In this document: positions 55,778-64,000 of the stretch, one piece after another
How the letters are laid out: each line of letters opens with the position of its first letter
How positions within the stretch are numbered: the first letter of the stretch is position 1
Made by a program: the position numbers and the translations under genes
The notes under the pieces: generated by a model
Told to the model about the DNA's origin: nothing
Database searches by the model: none
Seen by the model: only the letters and a program-made list of their open reading frames with translations
Assembly (NCBI RefSeq): GCF_009914755.1
Contig: NC_060942.1
Strand: one strand, 5' to 3'
DNA from: the human T2T-CHM13v2.0 reference genome, Homo sapiens
DNA length: 64,000 bases

Positions 55778-58717
55778 CAAACCTTCTAGCGCTGAGTGTT
55801 TTGGAGAAAATTTATATACAGAGAAGCAGTAGTAATTATGTGGATACTCCATTGCATCTTGCATTCCAGGGTAGTGTACAGAGATTTAACAGGACTAGAC
55901 ATTAGACTTTGGGAGAAAGATGCTAAAATTTGGGCTGTTGGAGCAAACTGCATGATAGGAAACACTGGCTTCATTCCTGGTATAATCAAGGGCTGGACTA
56001 TAATAGCATGAGGATGTGGTGGAATTGTAGTTCCAGCTCTATCCTGCCAGCTCAGCATTCATATCTGGTGATGAACCAGCCTTATCCCTGGCACAAATAG
56101 GTAGCTGGGGAAACAAGCCTCCTGGCTATAGATGTATCGTGTGGTTTGCTAGTAGCATGATTCACTACCAGAATATTCAAGGTTGGGACTTGGGGGTAGA
56201 ATAGCTCTTCTCTGGTATGATGGAAGGGGAAATGGATTCCAATAGGATTTATTGCCTAGGCATTTAGCTAGTTTCCTCAGAGCTTTGAAGGGGTACTGCT
56301 TTTTTTCTCTGTGGCCAGCCTCCATGGAATTAATCTTGGGCTAGTTAACCCTCACTTCTCCATGCAACAATAAAAGAAAGCACTAACATTTCCACATCTT
56401 AATAATAAGATCTGTGTATTGTGGCTGTGGAGAGAAGACATCATTTTGGTTGCTGGAAGTTAAGAAATATACCACGTCCTATAGGACCCCAATCCTTCAG
56501 TCTAATGCCTCCCAGCTGGTGCCGTAAATAAGCCTTCAGAAGATTATTTCAAGATCATATCAATTGCTTAAAAGTGATGGAGCATACAGATTTTATGGGC
56601 TTTCACCAATTACTACACTTCTTTCACCCTGCAAAGAACTCCTTAATCAGAGCTTACATTGCTTGGGACATTGTCGTGATGAATAAAACATTTAGTAAGT
56701 CCACAAATTGTGCTGCTGGTAGAAGCAATGTAGGAAGGAAGGCAAATATAAATGTGGGACATACATCTATTCTCGTGAGGATGAATCATTAGCCACCCCC
56801 CACACAGTGGAAGTAGTTCAGTGTAATAATCCTAACCAGTTGGTTCTTGTGGGTCCATCCTGAGAATTTAGCTTTTGTCTTTGTTGTTGGCAGTGTGAGT
56901 AATTAGCAACAGTAGTAGCCAGATTAGCCTTGGCAATGTGAAATCCTAATTGTTGAGCCCATGCATAGCCTCCATTCCTGTTGCCATGGCCCTTTTGGAC
57001 AAAGGCTCATTGAGCAAGTGGTAGAGAGCACGGAGCAGACAGGAGAGGAAGAGGCTGGATAATACCCACTGGATGGGTGATCTCCACCTAATAAGAGCAT
57101 TCTCTGGGGGGCATTTGCACAGTACATGGATGACTTAGCACAAGAAGTTCATAAACACACCACTTCCTCTTTGTTCTTCCAATATTCCCTTAGCCTTGCA
57201 TTCTGTTACTTCCAAATTTCTGACCATTCACCCCACCTATCATCAATGTTTAAAATCAGAGTTCTACCTCACCTGTCATGCAAAGTGGACAATCAGATAA
57301 ATTACCTCACGTTATGCCTACTCTTCTCTACACAAAAGTATTTCATGGCCAGCCTTGAGTTTCACTCTAATGTAGTAGCCATCCACAGCTGGTTGGTGCC
57401 AGCATATCTTGTAGACCTATTTGTAAGCCATGTCTGCGCTTTTTCTTGCTCTCTTAATTTGTCAATGGAAACTCCCCATGAGACCAGAGCGTAGGCTGCA
57501 GAGGTGATGAAATAGCAGAATTGGGATTCTGAGCTATCTGCTCATGCAATATGCTTATATCTACCTTCCCTTCTCAGGCCAGTTTTCTATACATCATTTT
57601 CATTTATTTAAAAATGTTGCTATTACATCTACATTTATGATTTCATGGATGGTTAGTTCAGTTTTTGATTGGTAGTCTAGTTCTTGACAAGGAGCTCATG
57701 TTATATAATCACTTGTGGGTCCATTGTTAGAAAGTCAGTCTCTACCAGGGCTCAGTAGCAAAGCAAATGTTGCCTTGAAAGTGTAAGAGAATTGTCAGCA
57801 GAAATAAAGGCTTTATTCTAAGCCCTAGGTGTATGTTCTCTAATTCCCTTTAGTGGGATGGCAAGAGAACCCATAAAGCATACATATTTTTTATGGCCAG
57901 TGCTTGAGACAAATTTATTAAATTCCAAATCCTGAGTGAGTTCATCTATTTTAATAAATTCATCTTCATCCAATCTTGTATTTTGTTTCCTTTGTCTAGT
58001 ACTCTTATAATATCTTCTGCCATATGTTTCCTAGATACCTAAGAATTAAAATTGGCAAAACTCCTTTAGTTTAATAGTTTTCTCCTCCTGAGCAGGTCTT
58101 CCCCTTCTCTCTCTCAGCTATGCTAAGATTTAGTTATCTTTATGCACTAGGAGGCAATGAGCTCTAGTGGGGATAGGTCCTGAGAAGAATTAGCATCTCT
58201 TAAGGAAGCACCTCTATGGGAAGAGGCATTAAAACATTTTTATGCAAAAGAAGATTCTTACAGTTTCCTAAGTAAAAACAAGGAAGATTTGAGGACTGGA
58301 GGTTCAATGTCTCAGACTCATCCCTTTATCTTCAAACGTTCTCATCTCACATCTCAGATCCCACTGCTTCATAACCAGTGCCCTTACTTTAGCACAGAAA
58401 ATATGATAGGACTGAGCACTTGTTTTGGCCTTGTAACCTTGTGACACTTAAAAGCAGTCCACAGATTTAATCCTCAGCCAGGTTGGCCCTTAATTACAGG
58501 AAATAAGACCTCCTGTTAAAGTCATTGTAGAGGTTTTCAGATTCTTCATGATGCATTGAGACAAGCATTCAAGGTGGTCAGTTTGTCTACATTTGTGCAA
58601 TGAACATTGAAATTTTTTGTACCATGTAGTATTTCACAGACAATAAAATGTGTAGTATTTCAAGGACAATAAAAAACAGTCAGACATTCCATAAACTTTA
58701 TGGTCACTATTGCCACC

Positions 58718-59262
58718 TGTAATGGTTTAAAATATGTCCACAAATTCTTAGCCTCTTTAAAAGGTAAAACATAATCCCACTCTATCCCTCCCCGGTTGAG
58801 TGTAGGTTAAACTTAGCTACTTACTTCTAATGTTCAGAATCAGCTGGAGGCAATGGTTTGTGACTTCTATATCATATACTTCCACAAAAAGCATGTGGCT
58901 TCCCACTTACCCTCGACATGCAAGGAGAAACCAGTTTCATGTCAATACTTAGCCAGCCCCTATGAAGAAGCCTACACGGTAAGGAGCTGAGTCCTCTTGC
59001 CAACAGCCAGCAAGAAACTTACAAAGGTGGGACATCTTCGAAGCAGATTTCTTAGCCTCAGTTAAACTGACAGATGGCTGCAGCCCCAGCAGACATTTCA
59101 ACTGTAACCTCATTGAAGTCTGTAAGTCAGAAATACCTAAAATACCAGGTAAGACACTCCTGACTCCCTACCCTATAGAAACTGTAAGATAATTAGTGTT
59201 TATTACTTGAAGCCACTAAGTTTTGGCAGTTATTTGTTATGCAGTGATGAGTAACTAACACA
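58718..59262 (+). mobile_element. MLT1F-like MaLR solo LTR inserted in the ERVL leader/gag region
   Basis: tgtaatggtttaaaatatgtccacaaattctt...aggagctgagtcctcttgccaacagccagcaag...gctgcagccccagc...agaaactgtaagataat...tttgttatgcag...taactaacaca. Confidence 0.85.
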
Positions 59263-59839
59263 CCCATGAAGTGAATAAATATCACAGGATATTGACCTCT
59301 GAGTGTTTCATTCTTCCCTCCATCTCATGTCACTACCCAGAGAAACTTCAGCAGTCTTGATATTACTGTGTGAGCTCATCAAATATATGAGCAACACAAT
59401 CCCAGAATCCCACTTTGGAAGTCAGTTTCCTAGGACTACTCTTGGTAACAAATTCTGCATCAGTCATTTATAAAGAAAGAAGAACATGGCTAACCCAGAG
59501 GAGCAATGAATGAAGCATAAGACTACTTATAGCATTGTGAAAAGAGTTAAGGGAACAGAGAAGAAACAGTAAAGAATCCAGAAACAAGAAACTGTAGAAA
59601 TGTGTTATTTGTGCAGAACCTAGAGAGAGCTATAGTTGAGATCCAAATGGCCTGTGGCCTCAGAAAGCAAGGAAGGGAGAAGAGCAAATACCCTGACCTC
59701 TTTCTCCTTTTACCTTCTCATGTATTTCTGCTATCTCTCATTGGCCAAACTCAACTGGAAACCAGACGGTAAGGGTTCCTTGGTGATGTAGACAGTAAAG
59801 CCTGCCTCAGGCCACAGAGCAGATGAGAAGAGGAATGAA

Positions 59840-60530
59840 TGTCTCAGTCTGTTCAGGCTGCTGTAACAGAAATTCCATGGGCAGGGCCGTGTGCGGTGGC
59901 TCACCCCTGTAATCCCAGCACTTTGGGAGGCTGAGATGGGTGGATGGAGAGGTCAGGAGATGGAGACCATCCTGGCTAACACAGTGAAACCCTATCTCTA
60001 CTAAAAATTCAAAAAATTAGCCTAGCATGGTGGCAGGTACCTGTAGTCCCAGCTACTCAGGAGGCTGAGAAAGGAGAATGGCATGAACCTGGGAGGCGGA
60101 GCTTGCAGTGAACCGAGATCACGCCACTGCACTCCAGCCTGGGCAACAGAGGGAGACTCGGTCTCAAAAACAAAACAAAACAAAACAAAAAACAAAAACA
60201 AAAACAAAAAAAACTCCATGGGCAGGGTGGCTTGTAAACAATTGACTTATCATCATTCTAGAGGCTGAGAAGTCTAAGATCAAGAAGCCAGCCGATTCTC
60301 TGCTTGGTGAGGGCTCATTCTTCACAGACAGCACTTTCTGGCTCTGTCCTCATATGATGGAAGGGGCAAGGCAACTCGGGTGTCTTTTACAGCAGCATTC
60401 ATTCCATTCATGAGGGCTTCATCCTCATGACCTAATCATCTCCCAAAGACCACACCTTACAATAGTTCCACATAAAGTGTTAGGTTTCAACATATGAATT
60501 TGGGGAAACACAAACTTTCAGACCACAGCT
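59840..60530 (-). mobile_element. MLT1A0-like MaLR solo LTR inserted in the 5' LTR and itself split by an AluY
   Basis: tgtctcagtctgttcaggctgctgtaaca...tctagaggctgagaagtctaagatcaag...taggtttcaacatatgaatttgggg...cagaccacagc; flanks atgaa / gtgaa. Confidence 0.88.
59885..60210 (+). mobile_element. Alu SINE (AluY)
   Basis: Y-type motifs gagaccatcctggctaacac and aggagaatggcatgaacc...ggagcttgcagtg; (CAAAA)n tail; TSD aaa(t/c)tccatgggcag at 59870-59884 and 60211-60225. Confidence 0.96.
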
Positions 60531-61699
60531 GTGAAGAGTGGATCTAGAGGAAAGAATTGAATTTTTTTTTAAAAAAAGAAGCAAATGGTTTAAACTACTC
60601 ACCAAATCATCAGTCAGTGATTGCTTATAAACCATCCTATAATAGAAACCATGCTTTCAAAATTATTTGCTATAACGTAAGTCACTTAATATTCCCATTC
60701 CTCAATGGAGACTATAAAATGAGGAGGGAAAGGCTGTTTAGCATCTCTGACAGAGATTTTCCAGATGGTGGTAGCTATAGCTCTAAATTTCAGCTAGGGC
60801 AAAAAAAGTAAGATAAATTCATTTCCTTTCGGTCAATTTATGCTCATTTCTCACTCAAGAGAACAGATCACAAGTTGAAAAGAAATATTAAATAATTAGT
60901 ACCCCCAAATTCTTAGAATTTTATTCTTATTCATTAGTTTTTCACAACAGTTACAAGCATTACTTAAGCCATCTAGCTATACAAAGTTAAAATCCTTGAA
61001 ACCTTCTCAACTTTTATTGGAACTGAAGGAATTAAGCTTTATTTCTTATAAAATATTCTTATCCTCTCCTTTGGAATGGTATTTTCGTCCCCCATAAAAG
61101 GCTTGGAAGTTTCTAACTCATGTTTTCTGAAGAAGTAGCTTAGCAACTGGTATGCCCTAGACATGGGTGGCCCTTCTCATTCTCCCCAGCTCCTTGCAAG
61201 CCCTACTTCGTACATAAACCATTATTAAATCATCCCAAGAGAGAAATGAGACTCTGAAACATCAAAAAACCCTTTTGATCCAGAATATACTTTTGTATCA
61301 TGACACACAATGTGTTTCATTGCCTAAAGGAACAAAAAGGAAGCAAAGACTGAACAGAGTGACTTAAACACGCTCATTGTCTGATTAAAGGACTGTTAGG
61401 CTGCAATTTCTTCATTTGCTACACTAACACCAGATGGTAAGCTGAAGTGTTCAGAATATCTAAAATCTGTAGATAACTGATGAATAGTCATACTTTTTAG
61501 CTGATAACAGAAATGTTTAATAGGAAGGCTGACCCTGAGAAAACCCAAAATGACAAATTTTGCTTTTGATGTCTCTGCTGGTTTTAGAATTCAATCCTTT
61601 TCAGTATTGGCCCTAAAAATGTTCATACCTTTCTTTGCTTAGTGGGATATCCAGATATCTCTGTTGCCTTTAGATCCTCAAAATATTCCTAACCTTAAT

Positions 61700-61920
61700 C
61701 ATATTAAAAATTCTATGAGTTATGAATTTACGTTGGGTAATATGATTGCTGCAGCCCCTGACTTCAAGGACTTCACAGTAGGAAAGACAGACAAGAAGCA
61801 ATAAAAATGCAATGGTATAAGAAAGGTGAAAGCTGTGTTCAGAGAGGAGTATAGGCATAGAGAAGAGAAAAGAACTGGAGATACTCACAAAATAGGTGAA
61901 GCTTGAACAGGATCTTGAAA
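61700..61920 (-). mobile_element. L2 fragment
   Basis: gcccctgacttcaaggacttcacagt...gacagacaag...aatgcaatggtataag. Confidence 0.55.
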
Positions 61921-61924
61921 AATA

Positions 61925-62125
61925 CATAATAGCCATAATGTCCAGCATTTTTAAGTAACAAGATATCATTAAATTTATTTAATATACATTATCGTTTGTT
62001 CTTCACAGCAACCCTATGTGGTAGATATTGACATATGTATGTTGTAGATGATAAAACAGAAGTTTAGTGTTGACTTAGCATCTTTCCCAAAGTGAGAAAA
62101 CTAATATTTAGAATTGAGGAGCTGT
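61925..62125 (-). mobile_element. MIR fragment
   Basis: tcttcacagcaaccctatgtggtagatatt...ttgtagatgataaaacagaag...ttcccaaagt. Confidence 0.65.
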
Positions 62126-62379
62126 GTGGAGGGAGGAATGTGTTCTAAAGAAACAAAAAAAAAGGAAGAAAGTGTGATAGGAAATGGAGTCTGAATGGAG
62201 AACTTTTTATGTTCCCTAGACCTTGAACTTAGTTACGATAGGGAGAGACAAATCTCAAATTAGAAATCAACTGAATTTGCCCTAGGGTCTAACTTGAGAT
62301 GTGTGTTGCAGATGGGAATGTTGTCCAAAATGGAGAAAAGAAATGTAGTGTTTTGTTTTTTTTTTTGTCAGTCCTTGAA

Positions 62380-64000
<1,621 letters not shown>

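Overview
AT-rich primate (most likely human or hominoid) intergenic or deep-intronic DNA. I find no supportable protein-coding gene, tRNA, rRNA, snRNA or CRISPR. The supplied ORFs are Alu or L1 translations, simple-repeat products or chance ORFs. Roughly half or more of the window is decayed transposable elements: 11 Alus (J, S and Y types, most with target-site duplications, TSDs), many L1 pieces including a nested block at about 23-32 kb, L2 and MIR relics, MaLR and ERV1 solo LTRs, DNA-transposon MITEs (MER5, MER53, Tigger3a, MER82-like), and a decayed but architecturally complete minus-strand ERVL provirus at about 53.8-60.6 kb. Structures that plain repeat annotation does not explain: (1) a ~430-bp inverted duplication inside the provirus with small hairpins at its junction; (2) a ~600-bp G-rich minisatellite inside an L2 that forms an array of KLF/SP-type boxes with CpG-retaining flanks; (3) a ~105-nt imperfect hairpin in apparently unique DNA; (4) a tailless internal L1 fragment with a TSD-like repeat; (5) a few splice-site-bounded non-coding exon candidates. 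The sequence does not support a claim of a new biological system. Family names come from my recall of consensus sequences, not from a search, and boundaries without TSDs are approximate.
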